Assembly: GCA_020725675.1 (NCBI GenBank) | Contig: DYEP01000119.1 | Span: 1 to 60,938 of the forward strand | Reading direction: 5' to 3' | DNA: 60,938 nt | Source: Symbiobacterium sp. | Lineage (GTDB): Bacteria > Bacillota > Sulfobacillia > DUSP01 > DYEP01 | In this document: piece by piece, positions 1 to 9,447 of the stretch | Layout of the letters: every line of letters begins with the position of its first letter | How positions within the stretch are numbered: position 1 is the stretch's first letter | The notes under the pieces: generated by a model | Told to the model about the DNA's origin: nothing | Seen by the model: only the letters and a program-made list of their open reading frames with translations | Databases searched by the model: none | Made by a program: the position numbers and the translations under genes

Positions 1-1230
1 ACCATCAAGGATAATATCACGCTGCGCGTCCGCATGGTCGACTGTGTGGGATACACCGTGGAAGGGGCCCTGGGGTACGAGGATGGTACCGGTCCGCGGA
101 TGGTGATCACACCCTGGTTCGATTATGAAGTGCCGTTTGAAGAGGCCGCGGAGCTGGGAACAAGAAAGGTCATCGCAGATCATTCTACTTTGGGACTGGT
201 CATCACCACTGATGGCAGCATCACTGAAATACCCCGGGAGAAGTATGTGGAGCCTGAGGAACGTGTGATTTCAGAGCTCAAGGCAATTGGTAAGCCCTTC
301 GTAATCGTGTTGAATAGTACTCACCCGTTTGCTGAAGAAACCATGTCACTAGCGGGTGAGCTGGAAGAAAAATATGACGTGTCGGTGATACCGGTGGACT
401 GCCACCAATTTACTCAGGATGACATAGCGCTAATCCTCGAACAGGCGCTCTATGAATTCCCGGTCAAAGAAGTAGACATAGACCTTCCTGACTGGGTGGA
501 GGCTCTGGACACTGCGCACTGGTTCAGAGCCGGCATGGAGAAGGCGGTTTCCGCTGCCGTATCTCAGATAGAACGTTTGAAGGATGTGGAGAAAGCTGTA
601 GACAGTCTCGGGAAGAACGAATTTGTGGCAGAGGTCTCGCTCAAGAACATGGAAATGGGTACCGGACGCGCCCGTTTGGCGATAAACATCAAGGAGGAAG
701 TGTTTTTCGATGTGCTCACCGAGCTGACCGGCCTCAGCATGAACAGCCGGGCAGATATACTAAAGCACACAAAGGAGCTCGCCCGGGCAAAAACCGAGTA
801 CGACAAGATCGCGTCTGCGCTTGAAGAGGTCAAAGAATTCGGTTATGGAGTAGTGCCGCCTACGATGGCGGATATGATCTTCGAGGAACCGGAACTTATA
901 AGGCAGGGAAACCGGTTTGGAGTAAGGCTCAGTGCGCGTGCTCCATCACTGCACTTCTTGAGGGCTGACATCGAGACCGAGGTCACACCAATAATGGGGA
1001 CGGAGAAACAGTGCGAGGAATTGGTAAAATACCTGGTCGAGCAGTTCGAGGATGACCCAAAGAAGATCTGGAACTCCGACATTTTCGGTAAGCCCCTCTA
1101 CGATCTGGTCAAAGAGGGTATACAGAACAAGCTGATGCGTATGCCGGAAAACGCTCAGCAGAAGCTGCAGGAGACTGTGGAACGTATCGTGAACGAGGGA
1201 AGCGGAGGGCTGATCTGCATCATACTATAG
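1..1230 (+). CDS. spoIVA: Stage IV sporulation protein A, 5'-truncated by the window edge
   Basis: The frame of ORF 34..1230 is open from nt 1 (TIKDNITLRVRMVDCVGY...). The translation reads like the middle and C-terminal parts of SpoIVA, ending ...NEGSGGLICIIL. A terminator hairpin follows. Confidence 0.88.
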   Translation, partial: TIKDNITLRVRMVDCVGYTVEGALGYEDGTGPRMVITPWFDYEVPFEEAAELGTRKVIADHSTLGLVITTDGSITEIPREKYVEPEERVISELKAIGKPFVIVLNSTHPFAEETMSLAGELEEKYDVSVIPVDCHQFTQDDIALILEQALYEFPVKEVDIDLPDWVEALDTAHWFRAGMEKAVSAAVSQIERLKDVEKAVDSLGKNEFVAEVSLKNMEMGTGRARLAINIKEEVFFDVLTELTGLSMNSRADILKHTKELARAKTEYDKIASALEEVKEFGYGVVPPTMADMIFEEPELIRQGNRFGVRLSARAPSLHFLRADIETEVTPIMGTEKQCEELVKYLVEQFEDDPKKIWNSDIFGKPLYDLVKEGIQNKLMRMPENAQQKLQETVERIVNEGSGGLICIIL

Positions 1231-1246
1231 CACCTGCGATTTCAGA

Positions 1247-1272
1247 CCCCGATATACGGGGATTTTTTTTGT
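1247..1272 (+). terminator. Intrinsic terminator after spoIVA
   Basis: CCCCG-atata-CGGGG hairpin followed by ATTTTTTTTG. Confidence 0.6.
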
Positions 1273-1476
1273 TCAAAACTACGGTTCAAAGGAGTACCGG
1301 CCCCGGCACGGCCTCTCTTTGATCAATTGACAGCACACTATCCAAGTCCCGCAAAAGAGGTAGCGTTCTCTGGACCCTCGCACAACAGCATGATAAACTT
1401 AAATAGGTTAAATAATTTTGGATTGCACGGAGTCGGGCACAAGTACCTGCACGAGATGATGAGGAGGGGAAGAGAC

Positions 1477-2460
1477 ATGATCCTACCTGCCGCCGGGTTG
1501 ACCACTGCCATGGGCATCATGCCCCACAAGGACGACAAGCGTGCGCTGGAACTTGCTCTATCAATGGACATTCCTTTTTGGCCGCAGCTCCCTCTTGCTG
1601 AGGCCACTGAGGATATGTACGTTCAGGCCGGGCGGGGCTTTCCCGGTTTGACGGAGCAGATGGTGTTTAACAGGGAACGGTTTGAAGGTGAACTCGAGAG
1701 CTATTTTAGCGGCGAACTCCCCGGCCTGCGCGAGTCTTCCAGGACGTATGGCGCGTTTCTTGAGGCTGACCTTGAATCGTATCTCATGGTGCGTGGCCAG
1801 AGCGTCGGACCTCTCAGCATGGGGCTGAAAATCCTCGACGAGCAAAAGAAGCCTATCATCTATTACGACGATGTCAGGGCGATACTCTATGATTTTCTAC
1901 AACGCAAGGCCAATGAGCAGTACGATGAGTTGAGCGAGCGAAATGCCAGATGCTTCATATGGTTCGATGAGCCCGGTATTGAACTTCTATCCAGCGGGTT
2001 CACGGGATTTACCCTCGAGAAGGCGCAGGAGGAGTATACCATGTTTCTGGATGGCGTAAAAGGCCCGAGAGGTATACACCTGTGTGGGAACCCGGATTGG
2101 GACTTTCTTCTTGGTCTTGATCTTGATATTCTTTCCTTCGACGCGTTTCGGCTGGGGCACCTGGTGGTCAAGTATCGGGAACGTCTCTGCCACTTCTTGG
2201 ACGGTGGTGGAATTATCGCCTGGGGGCTGGTGCCTACTCACCCGGAGATTCTCGCAGAGTTAAGCCCCCGCCAGCTCGCTGAGATGTTTGATAAACTAGC
2301 GAGCGCTCTAGAAAGACTCGGGTACAGCAGAGAACAGGTCCTGAAACGGTCGGTGTTCGCTCCCGCCACGTGCAATATCCTTGGCGTCGGATGCGAAGCG
2401 GCAGTGGAGACCGCCTTCTCTTATCTTGCGCAAACCGCACGCATCATCCGGGGTGCGTAG
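1477..2460 (+). CDS. Uncharacterised protein, possibly UROD/MetE-like (TIM-barrel methyltransferase/decarboxylase) superfamily
   Basis: ORF 1327..2460. I prefer the ATG at 1477 because GAGGAGGGG lies about 7 nt upstream. The family assignment rests only on general resemblance and is weak. Confidence 0.45.
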   Translation: MILPAAGLTTAMGIMPHKDDKRALELALSMDIPFWPQLPLAEATEDMYVQAGRGFPGLTEQMVFNRERFEGELESYFSGELPGLRESSRTYGAFLEADLESYLMVRGQSVGPLSMGLKILDEQKKPIIYYDDVRAILYDFLQRKANEQYDELSERNARCFIWFDEPGIELLSSGFTGFTLEKAQEEYTMFLDGVKGPRGIHLCGNPDWDFLLGLDLDILSFDAFRLGHLVVKYRERLCHFLDGGGIIAWGLVPTHPEILAELSPRQLAEMFDKLASALERLGYSREQVLKRSVFAPATCNILGVGCEAAVETAFSYLAQTARIIRGA

Positions 2461-2501
2461 GTCGTTCCTTGGGAAGGAAAATGCATGTGGATGAAGTATT
2501 T

Positions 2502-2515
2502 TAGGAATATTACTA
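2502..2515. promoter_or_regulatory. Candidate Zur/Fur-type operator (imperfect palindrome)
   Basis: TAGGAATATTACTA is 12/14 self-complementary around an AATATT core. It lies 17 nt upstream of the zur start, in the only intergenic space ahead of the zur-znu operon. Confidence 0.3.
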
Positions 2516-2531
2516 TTTGGAGGGTCGCAGC

Positions 2532-2951
2532 ATGGAGACCGATGAGGTGCTGGCGAGGTTGAGGTCAGCGGGACGCAAGGTGACGGAGCAGAGAAGGGTT
2601 ATTATCGAAGCCCTCTCCCGGTTTGGTTCTCCGGTGACCGCGCGCAGGATCCACCGTGAAGCCTCAAAAGCGATGCCAGGCATAAGCCATGATACCGTTT
2701 ACCGGAATCTCGAGATGCTGTGTAAGACCGGTACTGTAGTTCAAATCCGAGCCAAAGGCGCGTCATTGTTCGAACTACCGGAGGGTCATCACCATCACAT
2801 GGTTTGTGTGAAATGCAGTAAGGTGCTGTGCGTCGAATGCTGCCCACTGTCGTTTGAGGAGAAAATGCTCGCCAGACAGCATGGTTTTCGAGTGCTCGGC
2901 CACCACCTGGAGTTTTACGGGTTATGCCCGGCTTGTAACGATACCGGCTGA
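2532..2951 (+). CDS. zur: Fur-family metalloregulator, most likely Zur
   Basis: Winged-helix N-terminus, a HHHH motif and CxxC...CxxC (CVKC...CPAC). It sits directly upstream of the znuACB-like genes. ATG at 2532 is preceded by GGAGGG. Confidence 0.8.
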   Translation: METDEVLARLRSAGRKVTEQRRVIIEALSRFGSPVTARRIHREASKAMPGISHDTVYRNLEMLCKTGTVVQIRAKGASLFELPEGHHHHMVCVKCSKVLCVECCPLSFEEKMLARQHGFRVLGHHLEFYGLCPACNDTG

Positions 2952-2985
2952 AGGAGAGAAATGTCGCGTGCGTAGGGGGTTTTTA

Positions 2986-3903
2986 GTGCGGTTTGTATTG
3001 CTGGCGATGATATTATTCCTCGAACCCGGGTGTGGCCTTCTGAGGACCGCGCCTGTAGTACGGCCGACCAGGGCAGTAGTGGTAGCAAGTATATACCCGC
3101 TGGCCAGCATAGTACAGTCGATAGGAAGGGACGAGGTACATGTTATTACGCTGGTGCCCGCTGGAGCGAGCCCACACACCTTTGAAGTCACCCCAGGGCA
3201 AGTGAAGGACTTCGCCCGGGCGGAGCTGTTCGTTCAAGTCGGAGCAGGACTTGATACGTTTGCGGAAAAACTGGTAACGGCGCAGTCTTCTGCAATGAAG
3301 ACACTGACTATCACGGATAACCTTGATATGCTGCGGTACGAACACGAGGAGCTGGACGCGGATGGTCACGAGCATGGCCATTTTGATCCGCATGTGTGGC
3401 TCGATCCCTTGATCGTGAAGGAGCATATCGCTCCGCTGGTGGCTGCCGCTCTTATGGAAATGAGACCGGAGATGGCGGCACGGATTAGGGATAACCTTGC
3501 TGAGTTCCGGTCCGAGGTAGAGCAGCTGCATGCGGAGCTTGAAGAGATGTTCAGACCCTACGAAGGACGGTCTTTCATTTGTCTGCACGCAGCCTGGGGA
3601 TACCTTGCTGCACGGTACAACTTGAGGACCATTGTGGTCCAGGAGTTCCCCTCGCGGGAGCCTTCTGCCGGGTGGCTCGCACAAGTTGTGGACCTGGCAA
3701 AACGCGCGGACGTGAGCGCGGTTGTGATAGAGCCGCAGTTCAGCCCCAAAGCAGCGCAGACCATCGCAGAGGAGATAGGGGCACAGGTTGTCACCCTCGA
3801 TCCGTTGGGCGGGCCGGGTCTGCCGGGATACCAGACGTACATCGAAATGATGAGGACTAACGCGTTGTCCCTTTTGCGTGCGCTGAAGAAGGTGGAATCA
3901 TGA
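2986..3903 (+). CDS. znuA: Metal (zinc) ABC transporter substrate-binding lipoprotein, TroA/ZnuA family
   Basis: GTG at 2986 follows AGGGGG. The signal/lipobox-like N-terminus reads VRFVLLAMILFLEPGC. A His/Asp-rich loop reads HEELDADGHEHGHFDPHVW. Its stop overlaps the znuC start (ATGA). Confidence 0.82.
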   Translation: MRFVLLAMILFLEPGCGLLRTAPVVRPTRAVVVASIYPLASIVQSIGRDEVHVITLVPAGASPHTFEVTPGQVKDFARAELFVQVGAGLDTFAEKLVTAQSSAMKTLTITDNLDMLRYEHEELDADGHEHGHFDPHVWLDPLIVKEHIAPLVAAALMEMRPEMAARIRDNLAEFRSEVEQLHAELEEMFRPYEGRSFICLHAAWGYLAARYNLRTIVVQEFPSREPSAGWLAQVVDLAKRADVSAVVIEPQFSPKAAQTIAEEIGAQVVTLDPLGGPGLPGYQTYIEMMRTNALSLLRALKKVES

Positions 3904-4655
3904 GCGAAGTGCTTGTGAGCCTGGATCGGGTGTGGGTCGCATACAACTCCCGAGTAGTGCTGGAAGATGTGAGTCTTAAGCTCAGACCGGGAGAACTCAT
4001 CGGCGTGGTGGGTCCAAACGGTGCTGGCAAGACCACGCTCATGAAGACCATCATCGGGCTTTTGCGTCCGGTGCGCGGGGAAGTAAGGGTGCTTGGGCAG
4101 GACCCCGCACACAGTCCCCGGGTGCGCAGGGCTATCGGCTATCTCCCACAGCGCCCCTCACTTAGCTCGAGATTTCCCCTATCCGTTAAAGACGTGATTT
4201 CCATGGGGCTGCTGGGCAAGACCGCTTTGGTATCCGGAGGCTCGCACAGGGCGATGGTACAAGACGCGGCGGAGGCGGTGGGGCTTCTGCCGGAAATCCA
4301 CACGCCCATAGGTGAGCTGTCAGGAGGACAGCAACAGAGGGCGCTCTTGGCCCGTGCCCTGGTTTCTAAACCTGCCGTGCTTCTTCTTGACGAGCCTACT
4401 GCGGGGCTTGACCCCCCAACTCAGGCCCAGTTTTACCGGCTTTTGAAGACTATCCAGTCGTCGTCGGGGGTAGGAATCCTGGCAGTATCCCACGACATTG
4501 CGGCCATTACATATGTCGCCAACGTGGTGGTATGCGTAAACCGCACTGCACACGTGCACGAAAGGCCCTTTTCCGAACTCTTTCAAAACGACGGCCGGGA
4601 CTACAGGTGCGAATACGAAGCCATTGTCGAGCACAGGGGGAGGCATGCGGGGTAG
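3900..4655 (+). CDS. znuC: Metal ABC transporter ATP-binding protein
   Basis: Walker A GPNGAGKTT, ABC signature LSGGQQQR and Walker B LLLDEP. Confidence 0.88.
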   Translation: MSEVLVSLDRVWVAYNSRVVLEDVSLKLRPGELIGVVGPNGAGKTTLMKTIIGLLRPVRGEVRVLGQDPAHSPRVRRAIGYLPQRPSLSSRFPLSVKDVISMGLLGKTALVSGGSHRAMVQDAAEAVGLLPEIHTPIGELSGGQQQRALLARALVSKPAVLLLDEPTAGLDPPTQAQFYRLLKTIQSSSGVGILAVSHDIAAITYVANVVVCVNRTAHVHERPFSELFQNDGRDYRCEYEAIVEHRGRHAG

Positions 4656-4660
4656 TGGAG

Positions 4661-5524
4661 ATGCTGGCGTATGCGTTCATGCAGAGGGCCCTGTTTGCAG
4701 GGATAATGGTGGGCATTCTGTGCTCTGTTGTCGCAGTATTCGTAGTACTTAAGAGAATGGCGTTTGCGGCGATGGGTCTGTCTCATGCAGCGTTTGGCGG
4801 AGTGGCCCTCGGCCTCTTCTTACGAATCGACCCTGTGTTCACTGGCGGGCTGTTTAGTATCTTCATTTCATGGATCATCGCGTTTGTTTCAAGAACAGGG
4901 AGGGTCGATGAGGACACATCCATAGGAATACTGTTCTCCGCTGCGATGGCTGCAGGCATAGTTCTGGCTGGGCTTACGAAGGGGTATTACTCAGATGTGT
5001 TCAGCTACTTTTTCGGCAACATCCTCGCAGTGAGCGGGCAGGATCTGGTTGTACTCGGCAGCCTGGGCGGGATCGTGCTTCTCACCCTGGCTGTGTTTCA
5101 CAAGCCATTGCTTTTTATCTGTTTTGACGAGGAGGCAGCTGAAGCATCAGGGCTTCCGGTTGCTCTTCTTTACTACGCACTGTTCACTGCGGTCGCTGTT
5201 ACCGTCGTACTGGCGGTCAAGGTGGTGGGCGTTGTACTCGCTTCGGCACTCTTGGTGATCCCTGCGGCCACAGCGCTTGAGCTCAGCAGTAACTACCGCC
5301 CGGTGGCTGTGATTTCTGTAGTAAGCGGTGTCGCATCGAGCGTCGGGGGTCTCACGCTGTCATATATGCTCGACATCCCTTCGGGTGCCTCCATTGTGCT
5401 AGTAGCAGCTGTCCTGTTCGCCGTGGCGTTCAGCGTTTCGCCCAGACGTACATATGTAACTTGGCTGAGGAGCGTGGTACGAACGCGTCGTAAGAACGCG
5501 ACTTCTGGTGTGAAGAAAGCGTAG
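4661..5524 (+). CDS. znuB: Metal ABC transporter permease
   Basis: Polytopic membrane protein starting MLAYAFMQRALFAGIMVG, typical of the ZnuB/TroCD family. The upstream part of ORF 4532..5524 overlaps znuC and is not coding. A GTG at 4655 is an alternative start. Confidence 0.8.
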   Translation: MLAYAFMQRALFAGIMVGILCSVVAVFVVLKRMAFAAMGLSHAAFGGVALGLFLRIDPVFTGGLFSIFISWIIAFVSRTGRVDEDTSIGILFSAAMAAGIVLAGLTKGYYSDVFSYFFGNILAVSGQDLVVLGSLGGIVLLTLAVFHKPLLFICFDEEAAEASGLPVALLYYALFTAVAVTVVLAVKVVGVVLASALLVIPAATALELSSNYRPVAVISVVSGVASSVGGLTLSYMLDIPSGASIVLVAAVLFAVAFSVSPRRTYVTWLRSVVRTRRKNATSGVKKA

Positions 5525-5643
5525 CGCCAGCACTGACGGTGATGCTAGCGATGACGACAGGTCGGATATAGCAAAAGAGCACATGAAAAGCCCATTTGTA
5601 CTCTGGGCATATTGAGCATACTAAAAATGCTTGTTTAACAAGG

Positions 5644-5672
5644 TTGAAATGAACTATAGTGTAGGTTATAAT
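5644..5672 (+). promoter_or_regulatory. Sigma-A-type promoter for tRNA-Pro
   Basis: TTGAAA (5644-5649), a 17 nt spacer, then TATAAT (5667-5672). The -10 ends 10 nt before the tRNA 5' end. Confidence 0.6.
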
Positions 5673-5682
5673 ACTGTTGTGT

Positions 5683-5759
5683 CGGGCCGTGGCGCAGCTT
5701 GGTAGCGCGCTTGAATGGGGTTCAAGAGGTCGCTGGTTCAAATCCAGTCGGCCCGACCA
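5683..5759 (+). tRNA. tRNA-Pro, anticodon GGG, with encoded CCA
   Basis: Manual cloverleaf. Acceptor stem CGGGCCG/CGGCCCG, D stem GCGC/GCGC, anticodon stem CTTGA/TCAAG with loop ATGGGGT (anticodon GGG), T stem GCTGG/CCAGT with loop TTCAAAT, discriminator A plus CCA. Confidence 0.93.
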
Positions 5760-5767
5760 GATAACAT

Positions 5768-5799
5768 CCCGCTCGATATTTAAGGCGGGTTATTTTTTT
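5768..5799 (+). terminator. Intrinsic terminator after tRNA-Pro
   Basis: CCCGC...GCGGG hairpin followed by TTATTTTTTT. Confidence 0.5.
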
Positions 5800-6071
5800 A
5801 TTTCCGATTAACTCCCTGGACATCTATGGGCAAAAATCACAAAGCGCGGTCTTGTTCATACTCACCGTAAACTCTCAGTACGGGCGCCCGCCTGATTCTT
5901 TCGCCCTATCCTATTTTTTCCTGCTGCAACAAGGCCGATTTTAACAGATACCGCGCTTGGCATCATCTGCTGCGTATTCCAGCGTCGTGCAGCTAGTTTT
6001 CCGCCAATTGGGTGGAAATCTTTTATTCACCCACTCCGCTGGACATCATAACATAGTCGGGGTGGTGACAG

Positions 6072-7145
6072 TTGCGGGTGCTGTTTGTGTCAAGACCTGC
6101 GGAAGGCGGCATAAGAAGACATCTTAAGCTGTTACGCTGCGAACTGAAAAGTCGCGGAGTAGATATCGCAGTTGCTGGTCCTGATGCGTCCGAAGCGGCA
6201 ACATACCCGTGTAACATTACTGATGGAATACATCCCGGTTCGGATTTTGTGGCGTGTAGGCAAATAAGGGAGGCGATTTCCCACTTTGGGCCCGATGTAG
6301 TTCACTACCATGGCTTTAAGGCAGCGCTCCTTGGCAGGTCTCTGAACGTAGATGGTATACCTGCCGTCTGCACGCTTCACGGTTTTATGCTCCGTGACGG
6401 AATATACAAGCGGGTAGGTCCATTGATGGCAGCGGTAGAGCGGTGGCAGTCACGTCGCACTGACGCTTATATCGCCGTATCAAACGCCTTGAAGCAACAC
6501 TTCGTGCAATCAGTGGGCCTTCCTGAGGCTAAGATCGTTGTCATACCCAACCCTGTGGAGGTGCCGCCAGTCGAAGCAATAGGTTCCCGGCCGGCCGGTT
6601 CTCTCCAGGTAATTGGTACATCAGGCAGGCTTGTACGCGAAAAAGGTCTTGATACGCTGATCGATGCAGTAAAGGCACTGGGCGATGCAGCTCCCGTCCT
6701 CTTGCGGGTGGCCGGGGACGGTCCTGCACGCGAGGAACTGCAACAGAGGGTCAGGAAACACCATTTGGAGAGCAAGGTGACCTTCCTTGGGTACGTAGAT
6801 GACATGTATGGCTTCTTTGCAGGAATTGATGTTTACGTTCAGCCTTCGGTGAGCGAAGGCTTCGGTCTTGCTTGTGCAGAAGCGATGGCTATGGGTATTC
6901 CGGTGGTCGTGTCCGATGCAGGAGGGTTGTCCGAGCTGGCAGGGCACGGCGAGTTCGGGCTCGTGTTCCCCACAGGTCGCACAGAAGCTCTTTCCCAGGC
7001 TATAAGCCGCCTGTTGGCCGACAAAGAGTTGAGAGACGAGCTTGGTCAGAAGGGAAGGGAATCGATACTTTTGCGGTTCTCTCCGGCTGGCGTAGCGGAC
7101 AAGACGCTCGCGCTATACCAGAGCATATTGGATAGGACGACATGA
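6072..7145 (+). CDS. Glycosyltransferase family 4 (GT-B, RfaB-like)
   Basis: N-terminus MRVLFVS... and a C-terminal EX7E-type block SEGFGLACAEAMAMGIPVVVSDAGGLSE. TTG start. Its stop overlaps the next ORF. Confidence 0.8.
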   Translation: MRVLFVSRPAEGGIRRHLKLLRCELKSRGVDIAVAGPDASEAATYPCNITDGIHPGSDFVACRQIREAISHFGPDVVHYHGFKAALLGRSLNVDGIPAVCTLHGFMLRDGIYKRVGPLMAAVERWQSRRTDAYIAVSNALKQHFVQSVGLPEAKIVVIPNPVEVPPVEAIGSRPAGSLQVIGTSGRLVREKGLDTLIDAVKALGDAAPVLLRVAGDGPAREELQQRVRKHHLESKVTFLGYVDDMYGFFAGIDVYVQPSVSEGFGLACAEAMAMGIPVVVSDAGGLSELAGHGEFGLVFPTGRTEALSQAISRLLADKELRDELGQKGRESILLRFSPAGVADKTLALYQSILDRTT

Positions 7146-7156
7146 AGGAGCGGGCG

Positions 7157-9328
7157 ATGATAGCCGTTAGAAAAGCAGCAACAGTGGTATTTTTAATCAT
7201 GTCAATGTTGCTATTTACGATGAGGACTCCAAGCCCAGCCTGGGCCTCCCTCAGAGTGTTTATCGTGGTGATACCATACCTGGAGTGGGAGGACCTGGGT
7301 TCCGGCGCGTTTGGTGACATGCTAGACTCCAGTGCTCTGGGGCTCATGGTCACAAACACAGCCGGAAAGAGGGGAGACCTGTCAGGATACGTGACGATAG
7401 GGGCTGGTTCAAGAGCTGTGGGTCCTGCTGCCGGCAACGCGCATGAGACCTCAGATGATGAGGTACGCGCGTTGTATGCGCTGCAGACTAACACTGAAGT
7501 AGACGCGTCAGAATGGGAAGTGGTGCACCTCGGACTGGCCCAACTGGTCTCAGAAAACGCCCGCGTACATCATATTGTGCGGCCAGGATTGGTTGGTGAA
7601 ATCCTGAGCCAGCATGGGATCACCACGGCTGTGTTTGGAAATGCGGACCTTGAAGGCCAGATCCAACGCGCGGCGTCCACTATCATCATGGATACCCTGG
7701 GCCGGGTGAAAAAAGGAGTGCTTGGACAGGAACTGTTGCTTCGTGACAAAACGAGGCCGTTCGGCATCAAATCAGATTTCGCGCGGCTACTTGAACTGGC
7801 GCTGTCGGTGAAGGCTCCGGCCGTGATCGTGGTGGAGACGGGCGATCTATACCGGGCCGAGGAGTATGAACTGGACATACTGCCGGAGGCAAGAACGATG
7901 GTACGAGCGCGCGCGCTCCACGAGATCGGGATCTTCGCTCAACAGCTGGCCGCATCACTGGCTCCTGAGGACGAGCTGTTTATTTTGGCTCCCGTGCCTG
8001 GAAGAAGCTCGCGAGCCGCAGGAAGCACCCTGGTGCCTTTTGCAGCCTACGGTGGCAGGTTCAAAGAAGGTGTACTCACCTCCCCGTCCACAAGGAGGCG
8101 GGGGATCGTACTCAACACGGACGTAGCGGCAACAGTGTTGTCCCGGTTCGGGCTCCAAGCAGATGAGACGTACGGAAGGCCTATGGAAGTGCTCGTATCC
8201 GAAAGCAGCTGGAGCGAGCTCTCGATGGAGAGGCAGAGGATACTAGCCAATCATGGTATACGCTCCGCGCTGCTCAAAGCATACATCCTCGCCTCCGTAA
8301 TCGTGCTGTCCGCCGGCGCATACTCCCTATATTTCAAGCGCAGGTGGCTTCACGGGCTGGGTCCCGCCCTGGTTTCGCTGGCGCTGGTGCCTCTCATTAT
8401 GCTTATCGTGGGCGCCCTGCGCATCAGTTCCACCGGAGGTGCGCTGGCCATATCGTTTGTTTTGGCAGTCCTTTTAGGCTGGGTCACGTCTTTTGCAGTG
8501 CGCGGTAGGTGGGTGCTGTGTTTTTTTGTCGTGGGTGGCCTCACCCAGGCGGTGCTGTTGCTTCAGGTAGTGTCGGGGGGTCACTTGCTCGGAGATACCC
8601 CACTTGGGTATTCGACCATCGGCGCGGCCCGGTTTTATGGCATCGGAAACGAGTACATGGGAGTGTTACTCGGAGGTACAATAGTAGCCGTATCCGCCGC
8701 CAGAGATCTCTTCGGAACAAGCGGGCTAGTGCGCTGGCTTACAGCAGCACAGATGGGTATGACGGTGCTGGTCACGGGGCTGCCATCGCTCGGCGCCAAC
8801 TTCGGCGGTGGTCTGAGCGCTGCTATTGCGTGGGGATACCTTGAGACAAGGCACGCGAAAAGGCGGATCGGTTTCCCGGCCGCGTTAGCTCTTTGTGCGT
8901 CGCTTGGTCTTTCAGTGGCGTTGCTCATGGTGTTTTCTGACGTTTCCGAAAGTACCCGTTCGATGTCGCACATCGGCGGTTCTATGATTACTCTGCTACT
9001 GAAAGGGCCTGCGGTTGCGCTTCAGACCGTCGCACGCAAGGTGGATATGAATATCAGGCTGATTAGGTACACGTTGTGGACCAGGGCGTTACTAACTGCC
9101 GTGGGATCATATGCGCTGCTTGTACACCGTCCTGCAGGTATCTACAGGGCGGTTGTCGCGAAATACTACTACATGACTTCGGGATTTGCGAGCGTAGCAG
9201 TGGCAGCGGTTGCGTCGTTTGTACTTAACGATTCTGGAGTGGTCGCGGCGGCTACCACAATGATCATAGGCTCTGCGGCCGCAATAGTCCTGAGCCTCAA
9301 AGAGTGGGAAGAGCAAGCAGTCTCTTGA
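7157..9328 (+). CDS. Large uncharacterised membrane protein: signal peptide, ~340 aa extracytoplasmic domain, then a polytopic C-terminal half
   Basis: ATG at 7157 lies 6 nt after AAGGAG; an ATG at 7142 overlapping the GT4 stop is the alternative. The N-terminus MIAVRKAATVVFLIMSMLLF...AWA looks like a signal peptide. Roughly ten hydrophobic segments follow residue ~370. I recognise no family. Confidence 0.6.
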   Translation: MIAVRKAATVVFLIMSMLLFTMRTPSPAWASLRVFIVVIPYLEWEDLGSGAFGDMLDSSALGLMVTNTAGKRGDLSGYVTIGAGSRAVGPAAGNAHETSDDEVRALYALQTNTEVDASEWEVVHLGLAQLVSENARVHHIVRPGLVGEILSQHGITTAVFGNADLEGQIQRAASTIIMDTLGRVKKGVLGQELLLRDKTRPFGIKSDFARLLELALSVKAPAVIVVETGDLYRAEEYELDILPEARTMVRARALHEIGIFAQQLAASLAPEDELFILAPVPGRSSRAAGSTLVPFAAYGGRFKEGVLTSPSTRRRGIVLNTDVAATVLSRFGLQADETYGRPMEVLVSESSWSELSMERQRILANHGIRSALLKAYILASVIVLSAGAYSLYFKRRWLHGLGPALVSLALVPLIMLIVGALRISSTGGALAISFVLAVLLGWVTSFAVRGRWVLCFFVVGGLTQAVLLLQVVSGGHLLGDTPLGYSTIGAARFYGIGNEYMGVLLGGTIVAVSAARDLFGTSGLVRWLTAAQMGMTVLVTGLPSLGANFGGGLSAAIAWGYLETRHAKRRIGFPAALALCASLGLSVALLMVFSDVSESTRSMSHIGGSMITLLLKGPAVALQTVARKVDMNIRLIRYTLWTRALLTAVGSYALLVHRPAGIYRAVVAKYYYMTSGFASVAVAAVASFVLNDSGVVAAATTMIIGSAAAIVLSLKEWEEQAVS

Positions 9329-9348
9329 TTAACAAAATCCGTTTTTCC

Positions 9349-9376
9349 TTGACAACAGGCCGGAATCTGTTACAAT
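9349..9376 (+). promoter_or_regulatory. Sigma-A-type promoter for speH
   Basis: TTGACA (9349-9354), a 16 nt spacer, then TACAAT (9371-9376). Confidence 0.6.
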
Positions 9377-9447
9377 TTTATTGTCCCACACGAAGTTAAA
9401 AGGGAGGTCGTGAGACCGCAAAAACATAAAAGGGGGTTGATAATGAA

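Noticed and set aside
5683-9328. tRNA-Pro as an integration hotspot, with the downstream GT4/membrane-protein pair as a genomic island.
   Set aside because: I could see no integrase, no duplicated copy of the tRNA 3' end downstream, and no obvious compositional break. This is insufficient evidence for a mobile element.
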